The notes: generated by a model from the sequence alone, not told the origin. A DNA stretch of 64,000 nt from Promethearchaeota archaeon (GCA_048939995.1 JBHLOY010000007.1:32001-96000); one strand, 5' to 3'; positions 47,667 through 60,198 are shown, counted from the first letter of the stretch. Made by a program: numbers and translations.

Positions 47667-49376
47667 TTGATTAATATGACAGAAGAAATTATAAGACGCA
47701 CTACAAGTATCTGTCCAGAATGCCTACAACCTATTCCAGCTGAAATTTACGTTGATGATGATAAAAACTGGGTAATGATGAGAAAAAATTGTAAAGAACA
47801 TGGTGATTTCAAAGATAAACTCAGTATAGATCCAGAAGATTATAAATGGCAACAAACATTTACAGATGAAATTGGCTCCACAGTAGATAATAGTACCAAA
47901 CCCGAATATGTATCTTCGGGAATAAAAGAGTGCAATCAAGGCTGCCCTTATGACTGTGGACTTTGTGATAACCACAAAAGTGCTCCTAATATCTGTTTGA
48001 TTGACATCACCAATAAATGTAATTTAGCATGTCCAATCTGTTTTGCTAATGCGAGTGCAAAGGGATACGTTGTCCAACCATCATATGATGATATTGTACG
48101 CATCATGGAACACTTTCGATCTATGAAACCCACCCCAGCAGTTTTGCTTCAAATTTCTGGTGGTGAACCGACAGTTAGAGATGACTTACCTGATATTATT
48201 CGCAAGGGTAAAGAATTAGGTTTTATTGAAGTAATGGTTACCACTAATGGAGTTAGATTTGCTAAATCAATTGAATTTATGAAAGAATGTAAAGATGCTG
48301 GAATGGATGCTATCTACTTACAATTCGATGCAACTGACAACCCTGAAGTATGGAAAAAAATAAGGGGAGTAAACCTTTGGCCTTTAAAACAAAGAGTTAT
48401 TGAGAATGCCCGCAAACTTGGATTTTATGGTGTAATGCTTGTCCCTGTAATCGCTAAAGGAGTTAATGATAAAGAAGTTGGCAAGATTATGGATTATGCC
48501 AGAGATAATACTGATGTGATTTCAGGAATAATTTATCAACCTGTATCTCTATGTGGTCGTATCAGCTTTGAAGATTTAATGGATTTGCGATATACAACCT
48601 CAGATTTGAAAATAGCATTAAATGAACACACAAATAACTCAATTACTAAATTTTACCCATTAGCTACCACTGCCAAGATGACTCGATTATTAGCTTGGTT
48701 CGATGATGCTCCCGAATGGAGTCCAACCAGTCACTCAGATTGTGGTTTTGCCACAATTGTTGTCGTAAATAAAAAAGGCGAATATGAATCTATTGAAAAT
48801 TACTTTGACGCAGAAGGACTCATCAGTTGGTCAAACAAAGTTTATGACATGGCAATGAAACAGGAAATTCCAAAACCTACCGGACTCCTTAAAGGTATAG
48901 ATTTGGAACAATTTGGCACAGTTGCAACCACAGTAGGCAAGTTTATCGATGATATGACCAACCTAGGCTATCGACAAATTATGAAGGCCTACTATTTTGC
49001 AGGGGCAATGAGATACGTACGTAATCCTGCAAAAATTATGGATAGTAAAACTTTATTAGCATTTTCTCGCCTTATAGCATTTCCCAACTTACAATCTGCC
49101 GGACTTTTCTTCCACGAGAAGAATTTGTTAATATCCTCGATGCATTTCCAAGATTCTTACAATTTTGATTTAGATAGAGTATGTAGATGCCTTGTTCATT
49201 ACGGAGTAGTCGATCCGGAAGACTCCACCAAAATTTTGGAGGTACCTTTCTGTGCTATGAATACATTGCATAGAGAGAGATTAGAACGTGCTTTAGCAAT
49301 ACAAGGCGAGGAAGCGAAAAAACCTGAAGTCATCCAGTCTGAGATCGAAGAACTTTTGGAGACTGTGAAAGATTAA
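47667..49376 (+). CDS. tes: Tetraether lipid synthase (Tes/GDGT-MAS, MJ0619-like radical SAM)
   Basis: N-terminal SICPEC..C..HG, GCPYDCGLC..H, radical SAM CNLACPIC, and C-terminal MHFQD.YNFD..RV.RC.VHY..PFC..N. Confidence 0.85.
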   Translation: MINMTEEIIRRTTSICPECLQPIPAEIYVDDDKNWVMMRKNCKEHGDFKDKLSIDPEDYKWQQTFTDEIGSTVDNSTKPEYVSSGIKECNQGCPYDCGLCDNHKSAPNICLIDITNKCNLACPICFANASAKGYVVQPSYDDIVRIMEHFRSMKPTPAVLLQISGGEPTVRDDLPDIIRKGKELGFIEVMVTTNGVRFAKSIEFMKECKDAGMDAIYLQFDATDNPEVWKKIRGVNLWPLKQRVIENARKLGFYGVMLVPVIAKGVNDKEVGKIMDYARDNTDVISGIIYQPVSLCGRISFEDLMDLRYTTSDLKIALNEHTNNSITKFYPLATTAKMTRLLAWFDDAPEWSPTSHSDCGFATIVVVNKKGEYESIENYFDAEGLISWSNKVYDMAMKQEIPKPTGLLKGIDLEQFGTVATTVGKFIDDMTNLGYRQIMKAYYFAGAMRYVRNPAKIMDSKTLLAFSRLIAFPNLQSAGLFFHEKNLLISSMHFQDSYNFDLDRVCRCLVHYGVVDPEDSTKILEVPFCAMNTLHRERLERALAIQGEEAKKPEVIQSEIEELLETVKD

Positions 49377-49498
49377 CTTTTTTCATTTATATTTTCTACT
49401 TTTTTCTATTAAAAACTATAGTTTTTTAACCTTAGTTTCCTCAATGCATTTCTAAGACTTTTAAAAAAAAAAAAAGAAAAAAACGAGATTTATTTAGA

Positions 49499-50065
49499 TT
49501 ACTTAATACTGGAGCCACAATTTTCACAGAAGCTAGCTCCTTCTCTAATTTTATGACCACAATATACACAAAAATTTTTGCCTTCAGTGGGCAAGGGTTC
49601 TTGAAGTTTCCTCGGTGGAGCTACGTAATTTTCAGCGGGAGTATATTGAACTTTTTCTCCCAGAATAATTTCTCCTGTTTGGGGATTAAATTTATAATTT
49701 ATTAACCCATTTGCTCTTAAATCTACCAGAACTCTTAATACATCATTAGGTTTGATACCCACTTCAAGAGCGAGATCTTCAAGTTTAACTGTGTCTTGGC
49801 CACGATCTAAAAGAGCATTTCTCACAGCTTTCTTAAATTTCATATTGGTATAGAGTTGTTGGAATCCCCCAAAAAATAATATGAAGAATGCGGGAATAAA
49901 TAACCAATATCCCCAACCAGAGAGTCCAATGAAATCTAATTGAAGCGTCAATAAAACTAAAGACACAATAGCAACAATTAAAAAAGCAGCACCACAAAAA
50001 AATGAACCATAAGTACTTTCATATTTTTCTTTTGTATAATACCTATCATGAGGCAATTTTTTCAC
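49499..50065 (-). CDS. Membrane protein with wHTH-like middle domain and C-terminal double Zn ribbon
   Basis: Two TM segments, VKLEDLALEVG..RVLVDL...G, and FCVYCG..FCENCG. Confidence 0.8.
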   Translation of the reverse strand: MKKLPHDRYYTKEKYESTYGSFFCGAAFLIVAIVSLVLLTLQLDFIGLSGWGYWLFIPAFFILFFGGFQQLYTNMKFKKAVRNALLDRGQDTVKLEDLALEVGIKPNDVLRVLVDLRANGLINYKFNPQTGEIILGEKVQYTPAENYVAPPRKLQEPLPTEGKNFCVYCGHKIREGASFCENCGSSIK

Positions 50066-50332
50066 CTAAACTAAAATTTCTTATTTAATATTTTCAGTAT
50101 TATTAAAGATATTAAGTTAACAGAGGTAGGAAAATATTAAAAATATTATTAGTCCAATTTTTAAGGTTAATTTACTGAACTAAGAAGAAGATCATCTTTA
50201 TATCTATTAACATATTTCACAAAAACAAAACTTAAAAGTATTGAATTTTCTAAATTTATAAGCACATTTATTTTAGGATTGGAAAATTAAACTGCGAAGT
50301 AATAAAGTAGTCAGAGGATTACTATTAATTCG

Positions 50333-50941
50333 TTGAAAAGACTTACAATAAACAGACTTATGCCAAATAATTCTGAATTAATTGGGGAATATAAAGGTAC
50401 TGTTAGAAATAGGGTGGTCACAGCTCTCTTACAATCATATCTTGATAACCTTGATTATGATGGGATGAAATCCATCTTAAGAGAGGCAGGATTATTAGAA
50501 TTTAAAGACATGAGAGACATAGATCCAGATGCAACTATTGATTTTTTTTCATTTAAAAAAATAATTACGGCTCAGAATTGTTTATTATATGATTCTACAA
50601 AACTTTTATATGAAGTAGGACGCAAATTTTGCTTTTATTTGTTTCCTTATGGCAAAAATTTTGAAGCGATCATCAAAGACATTAACGAATATATCCAAAC
50701 TGATTGGAGTGTTGAGATAGTAGAAATGTCTGAAGATTCAATTACTATTCGCGTAGACAAATGCATATTCTGTTCTGAAATTGGAGTTAGTTGTGATCTA
50801 TTTAAGGGTTTTATCGTTCATTCAGTTGAAAAGACATTATCATCGAATCATGATGTTGTTTATTATGGAGAGAAAGAGAATGTAAATGATCCTTGCCATA
50901 ATTCATTCATTCTAAAGTTGAAAATAAAAAAAAAGCTTTAA
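50333..50941 (+). CDS. V4R-domain protein
   Basis: LYEVGRKF..ITIRVDKCIFC..SCDLFKGFI..C. Confidence 0.65.
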   Translation: MKRLTINRLMPNNSELIGEYKGTVRNRVVTALLQSYLDNLDYDGMKSILREAGLLEFKDMRDIDPDATIDFFSFKKIITAQNCLLYDSTKLLYEVGRKFCFYLFPYGKNFEAIIKDINEYIQTDWSVEIVEMSEDSITIRVDKCIFCSEIGVSCDLFKGFIVHSVEKTLSSNHDVVYYGEKENVNDPCHNSFILKLKIKKKL

Positions 50942-51021
50942 AACAAAAAAGGAAAACAATTAAATATATCAAAAATCAAAATAATGTTACATCCTTAAAT
51001 ATCGCATATTTTTAACCGTTA

Positions 51022-51570
51022 ATGACCACCGAAGAACGAGAGTTTGTATTTAAAATTACAATATTAGGAGATGCAGCGGTCGGAAAGACATCTCTAATAA
51101 ATCAATTCGTTGAAGGATCTTTTCAAGAGGATTATAAACCAACTTTAGGAGCAAATATTGTCCGTAAAGATGTGGATCTAAGTGAAATAAATGCTCAAAT
51201 CCGATTAATCATGTGGGATCTTGCAGGCCAGGAAAAGTATAATGTTATTCGTTCAATGTACTTTCAAGGATGTGTTGGGGCCTTAGTTGTATATGATATT
51301 ACACGTTATCAGACATTTGAGAATGTAGAGTCAAAATGGCTTAAGGATTTCAAGAAATATGTAAAAAAGGAGGGCGCTTACGTACTAATAGGTAATAAGA
51401 TTGACTTAGATGTTCAAAGAGCCGTGTCTAAAGAAAATGGAAAAGAATTAGCAGAAAAAATACAAGCTAGTGATTTTATTGAAACAAGTGCTAAATATGG
51501 GGAGAATGTAGAGAAAGCATTTAAGAACTTGGTTTTTCAAATCTTAAGAAATTACGGAGAGAAAGTTTGA
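51022..51570 (+). CDS. Rab-like small GTPase
   Basis: GDAAVGKTS, PTLG, WDLAGQE, GNKID and ETSAK. Confidence 0.95.
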   Translation: MTTEEREFVFKITILGDAAVGKTSLINQFVEGSFQEDYKPTLGANIVRKDVDLSEINAQIRLIMWDLAGQEKYNVIRSMYFQGCVGALVVYDITRYQTFENVESKWLKDFKKYVKKEGAYVLIGNKIDLDVQRAVSKENGKELAEKIQASDFIETSAKYGENVEKAFKNLVFQILRNYGEKV

Positions 51571-51659
51571 ATAATTCTTATTTTTGACAAATTTATCTTA
51601 TATAATTTGATAACCTTCAAAATCAAATGCTTTAAATATAACTGAAGAGTTAGTAAATT

Positions 51660-52811
51660 ATGAAAGAATTATCTCATAATGTTGCTAAAACTCCTAAATC
51701 TCAAATACGAGAGTTAATGGATTTAGCCGCAGGGCACCCCAATATTATCAGCTTAGGGATAGGTCAACCAGATTTCAATACGCCAGATCCCGCAATTGAG
51801 GGCAATATTAAAGCACTAAAAAAGAAAATTACTTATTATGCACCTACGAAGGGTGTGCCGGAATTATTAAAGTTAATCCAAAATAAGGTTAAAACCTCTA
51901 ATAATATTAATTGTAATTGGGATGATAATATCATAGTTACAAACGGTGGATCGCAAGCTCTAAATCTTGCATTCGCATCTCTCTTTAATCCTGGTGATGA
52001 ACTTATTATTTCATCCCCAAATTTCATCTCTTATTTCTACTTAGGCGTTTTCTTTGGAGTTAATATTAAAGAAATTGAAAGGAATAATGATTTTAGTCCT
52101 AATTTAGAAAAGTTAAAAGCATCAATTACTACGAAAACCAAGGCGATTTTGATTAATTCTCCAAATAATCCAACAGGATATGTATTGAACCCTCAAGAAG
52201 TCAGTCAAATTGCTACTTTTATAAAGGAAAATGACTTATATTTAATTACTGATGAAGTATATGAGAATTACTTGTATGATGGATCTAAACACATTAGTTT
52301 TGCTTCTTTGGATGGAATGTTTGAACGAACAATAACAACCAATGCAATGTCAAAATTATTTTCAGCCACAGGCTTTAGATTAGGATATGCTGTAGCAAGT
52401 AAGAAGATCATCGATATGATGGAAAAAGTGCATCAATATACTGCTGCTGGAACGAACCATGCAGCTCAATATGGATTTATTGAAGCATTGAAAATGAATC
52501 AAAATTTTTTTAAAGATATTTTAAGAAGCTTTGATCAAAGAAGATTATTAGTATTTACTAGACTAAAAGAGCTAGGATTTGAAGTGACAAAGCCTAAAGG
52601 AGCTTTTTATCTTATGCCCTCAGTGAAAAACTTTAACATGACAGGTTCTGAATTTTCTAAAGTCATGATGGAAAAACAAGGAGTTGCTGTCATACCGGGA
52701 GACACTTTTGGGTCATTTTCTAATGACAAAATTAGAATATCATATGCAACAGAGATGATTAAATTAAAAGAAGCCATGAATAGAATAGAAAAACTTATAA
52801 ATACGTTATAA
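51660..52811 (+). CDS. PLP-dependent aminotransferase class I/II (AspC-like)
   Basis: LGIGQPDF, NSPNNPTG, DEVY and SKLFSATGFRLGY. Confidence 0.93.
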   Translation: MKELSHNVAKTPKSQIRELMDLAAGHPNIISLGIGQPDFNTPDPAIEGNIKALKKKITYYAPTKGVPELLKLIQNKVKTSNNINCNWDDNIIVTNGGSQALNLAFASLFNPGDELIISSPNFISYFYLGVFFGVNIKEIERNNDFSPNLEKLKASITTKTKAILINSPNNPTGYVLNPQEVSQIATFIKENDLYLITDEVYENYLYDGSKHISFASLDGMFERTITTNAMSKLFSATGFRLGYAVASKKIIDMMEKVHQYTAAGTNHAAQYGFIEALKMNQNFFKDILRSFDQRRLLVFTRLKELGFEVTKPKGAFYLMPSVKNFNMTGSEFSKVMMEKQGVAVIPGDTFGSFSNDKIRISYATEMIKLKEAMNRIEKLINTL

Positions 52812-52821
52812 GAAACCTATT

Positions 52822-53976
52822 TTAAGAATATGTCTGCAATATTGCTTTTGTGAGTAATTCAGTGGATTCAAATACCGAATTTAATTCAATATATTCATTT
52901 GTGGTATGTACAACTTTTGGATCCCCAGGTCCGAAAATAATAAAAGGGACTGGATTATCTTGAGTTAGTAATTGAGCACCATCTGTAGCATAAGGCAAAC
53001 CAACTAGCTCCTTACCGCAAATATTATTCAAATTTTTCACAAACGGATGGCTTTCTTTAGTTTGAAGGGCTGGTAATTTTTTCAATATTTCAAAGCTAAA
53101 AGTATAAGGATCAAAATTTAAATTTTTTAAACTTCTAATTAAAATCTCTGGATCTTGTTCAGGTATCAATCTAAAATCAAGTTCTAATTCAGTTTTCTCA
53201 GGTACAATATTGATTAGTGTTCCTCCACTTATTTTACCAATATTTAAGGAGGATAAGCCTAATATCCTATTTTTCGTTTTATTGAGAAAGTCGTATAGTT
53301 TTGGAATAATTTTTGAAGCTCCTAAAATAGAATTTATACCATTTTCAGGTAATGCACCATGAGCAGATTTTCCATACACATTTAACTTAATCCATAATAA
53401 ACCCTTTTCTGCAACACCAATATTCATATTAGTTGGTTCAGCAATAATTAATAACTCAGAATTATCCATTAATCCATACTTATGGAGCTCCACAGCTCCT
53501 GTCATCCCCAACTCCTCATCAGCTGTGCCAGCAAAAACGATATTATATTTCTCTAAAAACTTATGATTTTGCTTTAAATTTTTCATAACACCTATTAACA
53601 TTGCTAAACCTCCCTTCATATCAGCTGATCCCCGACCATATAATTTATTATTTTTTATGATTGCTGAAAATGGGGGATAGTGCCAATTAGATGGATCTCC
53701 AGCAGGAACTACATCAAAATGACCTGTTAATATGATTTTTTTATCTCCAGATCCAATTTTTGTCACTAAATTGTGAAGGGTGAGATTCTTTTTCTTATAA
53801 CTGACCAGTTCATTTTTAAATCCATCTTCTTCATGAAATATGTCTGTAACTAGATAATCCACAATTTCTTTAGTTAAGCCTGGAGGATTTTCTGTTGGAA
53901 TTTGAACCAACCTTCTAAGTATATGAGTAAGTTCCTTGTTTATACTTTTCATAATATGAATTTTTAGAATAATCAA
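52822..53976 (-). CDS. M20-family metallopeptidase/deacylase (ArgE/DapE-like)
   Basis: GHFDVVP, GRGSADMKGG, DEE, AEPT and FGPG..H..NE. Confidence 0.92.
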   Translation of the reverse strand: MIILKIHIMKSINKELTHILRRLVQIPTENPPGLTKEIVDYLVTDIFHEEDGFKNELVSYKKKNLTLHNLVTKIGSGDKKIILTGHFDVVPAGDPSNWHYPPFSAIIKNNKLYGRGSADMKGGLAMLIGVMKNLKQNHKFLEKYNIVFAGTADEELGMTGAVELHKYGLMDNSELLIIAEPTNMNIGVAEKGLLWIKLNVYGKSAHGALPENGINSILGASKIIPKLYDFLNKTKNRILGLSSLNIGKISGGTLINIVPEKTELELDFRLIPEQDPEILIRSLKNLNFDPYTFSFEILKKLPALQTKESHPFVKNLNNICGKELVGLPYATDGAQLLTQDNPVPFIIFGPGDPKVVHTTNEYIELNSVFESTELLTKAILQTYS

Positions 53977-53982
53977 ATAAAG

Positions 53983-54330
53983 TTATAAATAATCTACTTC
54001 AAATTTAGTTTTTGGAAGTACTTTTGCTCCGTTCTTTGTCACCACGGTTGGGGACTCAAGACCTAATCCTCCAAGTCCTGGTCGATTGAAAACTATCGCC
54101 GCAATCTCAACCATATTTTCTTCAAATATCATAGAACCCCATTCTTTTCCGGGCACAACAACCGGCGAGGATTCATTTTCAATGATACCTATTGAATGAC
54201 CTAGACCAAAGAAAAGATCATTTCCATAACCTTCCTTTTCTGCAACTTTATGAACTTCTTGGTAACATTCGTCAAAACTAGTTCCTATAGTCATATTATC
54301 TATAAGTGTGTAGCATAGTTGTTCATACAC
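53983..54330 (-). pseudogene. C-terminal fragment of an M24 (Xaa-Pro peptidase/creatinase) family protein
   Basis: GLGHSIG, FEENMV..G.GG..LE...VTKNG...L correspond to the second half of the pita-bread fold. There is an in-frame stop about 15 codons upstream and no room for the N-terminal half before the end of CDC48. Confidence 0.65.
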
Positions 54331-54430
54331 ATCATTAAATTTCTTTAGTTCAGTTTTCTTAATTGATCTTATTTAATTTAAAAATTTAAATAAATTAGTA
54401 TTAAGAAATAAGATATTTAAAAAACAGAAC

Positions 54431-56743
<2,313 letters not shown>

Positions 56744-56795
56744 TTAATGAAAACTTATTTTCTTTTTTATTATTATTTATTATATCCTAAAGTTG

Positions 56796-57593
56796 TTAGG
56801 AAAAGTCAAGATTTAATCTTCTATTTATGAAATTTAAAAATTCTTCTGAAATTTGAGTGTCATTGAATAATTGATCTATATTTTTTTTAATAAATTCTTT
56901 TCGAATCTTAGCGATTTTTTTCATTAAAGGACGATATTCATTGTTTTGATTGATTTCCCCTATTAGGTTCCTTGTAATCTTATCTAATTTCTCATGATAT
57001 TGTTGTTTAGCTGTTTTTTTTCTATCTAGTTGGTTATAAATGGTTTTGATTCCTAACTTATGCTCAATGGCAATGATGAGTGTATCTATAATTTTTTCCA
57101 AATCCTTAGATTTAGATGGATCTATTACTAAAAGGGGATTATCCCAGGAATACTTATTAAAATAATCAAATTTTTCATTAATATTATAAATAACTCCATC
57201 TGGAATTGGAAATCCTCTACTTTTATTCCATTCTAGGCATTTTTCTAAGGGCGTTGCAATATGGATAATAAAAAATTCTTTTTTATATTGTTCTGCAATT
57301 TGCTTTAAATCATGGCGCATACTTGTATAGTAGTTTAGATCATCACTAATTATAACTGACCCCTTCTTTAAGCCAGCTTTGATCTTACTTAAGCTTCTTT
57401 TTCTAACTAATTGTTCTTTATTATGATTAAACTTGTTAGGATTAATGGAGCTTCTTATCTTATCTGTATCCACTATTTCTACATTGATGTCATTTAGATT
57501 TTCTTGTAATTTATATTGCAAAAAAGTAGCAATAGTGCTTTTACCAGATGAAGGTAAACCTACTAATATTATTAAAAAATTTCTATTGATCAA
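56796..57593 (-). CDS. pstK: O-phosphoseryl-tRNA(Sec) kinase (PSTK/Kti12 family)
   Basis: GLPSSGKST, D.IR, DDLNYYTSMRH, N..R, Y.WD.P and a C-terminal helical domain (LDKITR). Confidence 0.8.
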   Translation of the reverse strand: MINRNFLIILVGLPSSGKSTIATFLQYKLQENLNDINVEIVDTDKIRSSINPNKFNHNKEQLVRKRSLSKIKAGLKKGSVIISDDLNYYTSMRHDLKQIAEQYKKEFFIIHIATPLEKCLEWNKSRGFPIPDGVIYNINEKFDYFNKYSWDNPLLVIDPSKSKDLEKIIDTLIIAIEHKLGIKTIYNQLDRKKTAKQQYHEKLDKITRNLIGEINQNNEYRPLMKKIAKIRKEFIKKNIDQLFNDTQISEEFLNFINRRLNLDFS

Positions 57594-57594
57594 T

Positions 57595-57870
57595 TTAATT
57601 TTCTAGGTGATTAAAGTTTTTTATAAGTTCGACTTTTTCCTTTCTCGGAAGAGATTTAATTTCTAGTTCCCTTCTCATAGCTTCCTTTCTTTCTGTAAAT
57701 GATTCAAAATATTTAAGTATAATTGCCTTTTTTCCACGACAAAATTTAGCTCCAGTGCCTTTATCATGTTCTTCTAGTCTTCTTTTTAAGTTATTGGTGT
57801 ATCCAGTATAAAATCTTTTCCGATTATTTTTAGAAATTGTTTCTAATATATAAACGTAAAAAATAGCCAT
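57595..57870 (-). CDS. GIY-YIG nuclease superfamily protein (UPF0213-like)
   Basis: FYVYIL..YTGYTNNLKRRLEEH..G.GAKF..AMRRELEIK. Confidence 0.9.
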   Translation of the reverse strand: MAIFYVYILETISKNNRKRFYTGYTNNLKRRLEEHDKGTGAKFCRGKKAIILKYFESFTERKEAMRRELEIKSLPRKEKVELIKNFNHLEN

Positions 57871-58042
57871 TTCAAATTCACTATTTATAGAATAATTTTT
57901 TTGTTATTTATTTTTTAAGTCAAGATTTTTCAATAAAAATTGTATTATCCCATTATGAGAAATTACTATTTTCAAATTAAATTTATTAATATCTATTTTT
58001 ATAATTTTAAAGTAGGAGTTAAGTTTGGTTTGGTGAGGTTCT

Positions 58043-58681
58043 ATTCCTTTAGGGATTTTTTTAATTAAATGGGATGAGATTGCTGGAGGAGTTATTTACA
58101 TGAAATATCCAGATGAAATGGTGATCAATGATAATATCGTTCAGCAAATACAGATTTCTCATAACTTTGTAGAATCTCATATAACCATTGAAGAAAAAAA
58201 TTGGAATTCTATATCTTACTATAATGAACAAAAAGATCTAATCTTGGTACTTGTCTTAGATAAATATGATGAAAGTCAGGATTATATTGGAATTTTGGAT
58301 GACTTTAAAAAAACTTTAGAATTAGAGCTTACAGAAGAACAATTAAAAGAACATCTAGAAAGAATTTTTTTAGAAAAAGTATTAAATGTTTTTAGAACTA
58401 GAGATGAAGTTATTGGAAAACTTAGTAATGAGGTTGCCAATCTAAAAACTAAAGAATATGACTTAAAAAAGAAGTTTGAAAAAATTGCAGAATCAAATCA
58501 TTTACAAGTAAAAAGTAAGATTCAATTTTTACTGACAATTAATGATGAATTAAGTTTTAGAGAGCTTCTAACCTCGATAAAAACCAGTAAAAGATGGTTA
58601 AATAGCGTAATTGAGACTTTGATTAAAAACAAAGTTATTGGGTATAATCCTTATAATGAAACATATTATCTAATATTTTGA
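58043..58681 (+). CDS. Longin/uDENN-like N-terminal domain + coiled coil + C-terminal wHTH protein; probable ATT start at 58043
   Basis: The in-frame extension IPLGIFLIKWDEIAGGVIY precedes the ATG at 58100. GGTGAGG lies 4 nt upstream of the ATT, and there is an in-frame TGA at 58034. Confidence 0.65.
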   Translation: MPLGIFLIKWDEIAGGVIYMKYPDEMVINDNIVQQIQISHNFVESHITIEEKNWNSISYYNEQKDLILVLVLDKYDESQDYIGILDDFKKTLELELTEEQLKEHLERIFLEKVLNVFRTRDEVIGKLSNEVANLKTKEYDLKKKFEKIAESNHLQVKSKIQFLLTINDELSFRELLTSIKTSKRWLNSVIETLIKNKVIGYNPYNETYYLIF

Positions 58682-58768
58682 AGTGTTCTTGTCAGAATAA
58701 TCAGATTCTTAAGAAGAAAACTATTTTCATCTTCAATGATTTCAATTTAAATTAAGTTAATTTTTACC

Positions 58769-59902
58769 ATGAATCTTACGGAAGAAGAACAAAAGGAAGT
58801 TATTAAGGTAATGGAATCCCAAATGTTAACCTTACTTCACGGTGAGGCTGTTAAAACTTTTGAAAAAGAATTCGCAAACTATATTGGTGTTAAACATGCA
58901 ATTGGGGTTAACACTGGTACAGCAGCGTTACATATTGCGATAGCTGCTCTAAATATTGGACCTGGAGATGAAGTAATTGTTCCTCCGTTTACATTTATAG
59001 CAACAGCGACTTCAGTCTTACATAATAATGCAATCCCTATATTTGCAGACATTGATAATAAAACTTATACCCTAGACGCAGAATCTGTGAAAGAAAAAGT
59101 AACTTCTAGAACTAAAGCTATAATCCCCGTTCATTTAGCTGGAATAAGTGCTGATATGCATTCCTTAAAGGAAATTTCAGAAGAAAATAATTTATTTATT
59201 ATTGAGGATGCTGCTCAATCTATTGGTACAAAATATGATGGTAAAAAAGTGGGTTCAATTGGAGATATAGGTTGCTTTAGCTTTTATCCATCTAAAAATA
59301 TTACTACTGGTGAAGGAGGAATGATAACGACAGATAATGATAATATTGCTGAACAATGTCGCCTATTAAGACATCATGGTGAGCCCTCATGGTATACTTA
59401 TGATCGTCTTGGGTATAATTATAGAATGACAGAAATTCAGGGTGCTATTGGAAAAGTTCAGTTAAGAAGAATAGATAAATTCATTGATATACGTAATAAA
59501 AATGCCCAATACTTATCAAAGGGTATTAGTGAAGTAAGAGGAATTAATCCCCCTTATGTTCCTAAATATTGTGAGCCTGCTTTCAATTATTGGATTGGGC
59601 GTATAGATCCAAAAATTATTGGTCTAAATAAAGAACAATTCGTAGAAAAATTTCCAAAGAGTAAAGTTCTCTATCCGAAACCCCTTTATGAAACTAAACT
59701 TTTTCAAAATAAAATTGCTTATCCAAAAGGATGCCCTTGGTCTTGCCCATTTTATGGAAAAGAGATTAATTACAACAACATTCATTTACCAAATGTGGAG
59801 AGAATAACCAAAGAAATATTTGCTTTAGATATTCATCCAAGGATTACTAAACGAGATTTAGATCAATACATTACAATTATGAAACATCTAGTTAAAAAAT
59901 AA
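58769..59902 (+). CDS. DegT/DnrJ/EryC1/StrS sugar aminotransferase
   Basis: GTAALH, GPGDEVIVP, IEDAAQS and SFYPSKNITTGEGG. Confidence 0.94.
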   Translation: MNLTEEEQKEVIKVMESQMLTLLHGEAVKTFEKEFANYIGVKHAIGVNTGTAALHIAIAALNIGPGDEVIVPPFTFIATATSVLHNNAIPIFADIDNKTYTLDAESVKEKVTSRTKAIIPVHLAGISADMHSLKEISEENNLFIIEDAAQSIGTKYDGKKVGSIGDIGCFSFYPSKNITTGEGGMITTDNDNIAEQCRLLRHHGEPSWYTYDRLGYNYRMTEIQGAIGKVQLRRIDKFIDIRNKNAQYLSKGISEVRGINPPYVPKYCEPAFNYWIGRIDPKIIGLNKEQFVEKFPKSKVLYPKPLYETKLFQNKIAYPKGCPWSCPFYGKEINYNNIHLPNVERITKEIFALDIHPRITKRDLDQYITIMKHLVKK

Positions 59903-59925
59903 ATATTTTTCAGGCTTTTTTTTTT

Positions 59926-60198
59926 ATGAAAAAAATAACTATAAAGGTGTATGGACTCGTCCAAGGAGTTTTCTTTCGCTACACTACCCGAAAAGTGGCA
60001 AGGAAATTGGGATTAACTGGTTTTGTTAAAAATATGCCTGATGGAAGTGTTTATATAGAAGCTGAGGGTCCGGAAACCAAATTATATGAATTATTAGCAT
60101 TTTCAAAAATAGGACCTAGATATGCTGAAGTAAAAAATGTAGAATTTGAATTTGGAGAGCCGGAAAATAAATTTAAAGGTTTTGATTATTCATTTTAG
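59926..60198 (+). CDS. acyP: Acylphosphatase
   Basis: GLVQGVFFR and GFVKNMPDGSV. Confidence 0.95.
   Translation: MKKITIKVYGLVQGVFFRYTTRKVARKLGLTGFVKNMPDGSVYIEAEGPETKLYELLAFSKIGPRYAEVKNVEFEFGEPENKFKGFDYSF

Noticed and set aside
57595-57870. GIY-YIG protein as a homing endonuclease or mobile intron marker
   Set aside because: It is a short stand-alone UPF0213-type protein with no DNA-binding extension and no interrupted host gene.
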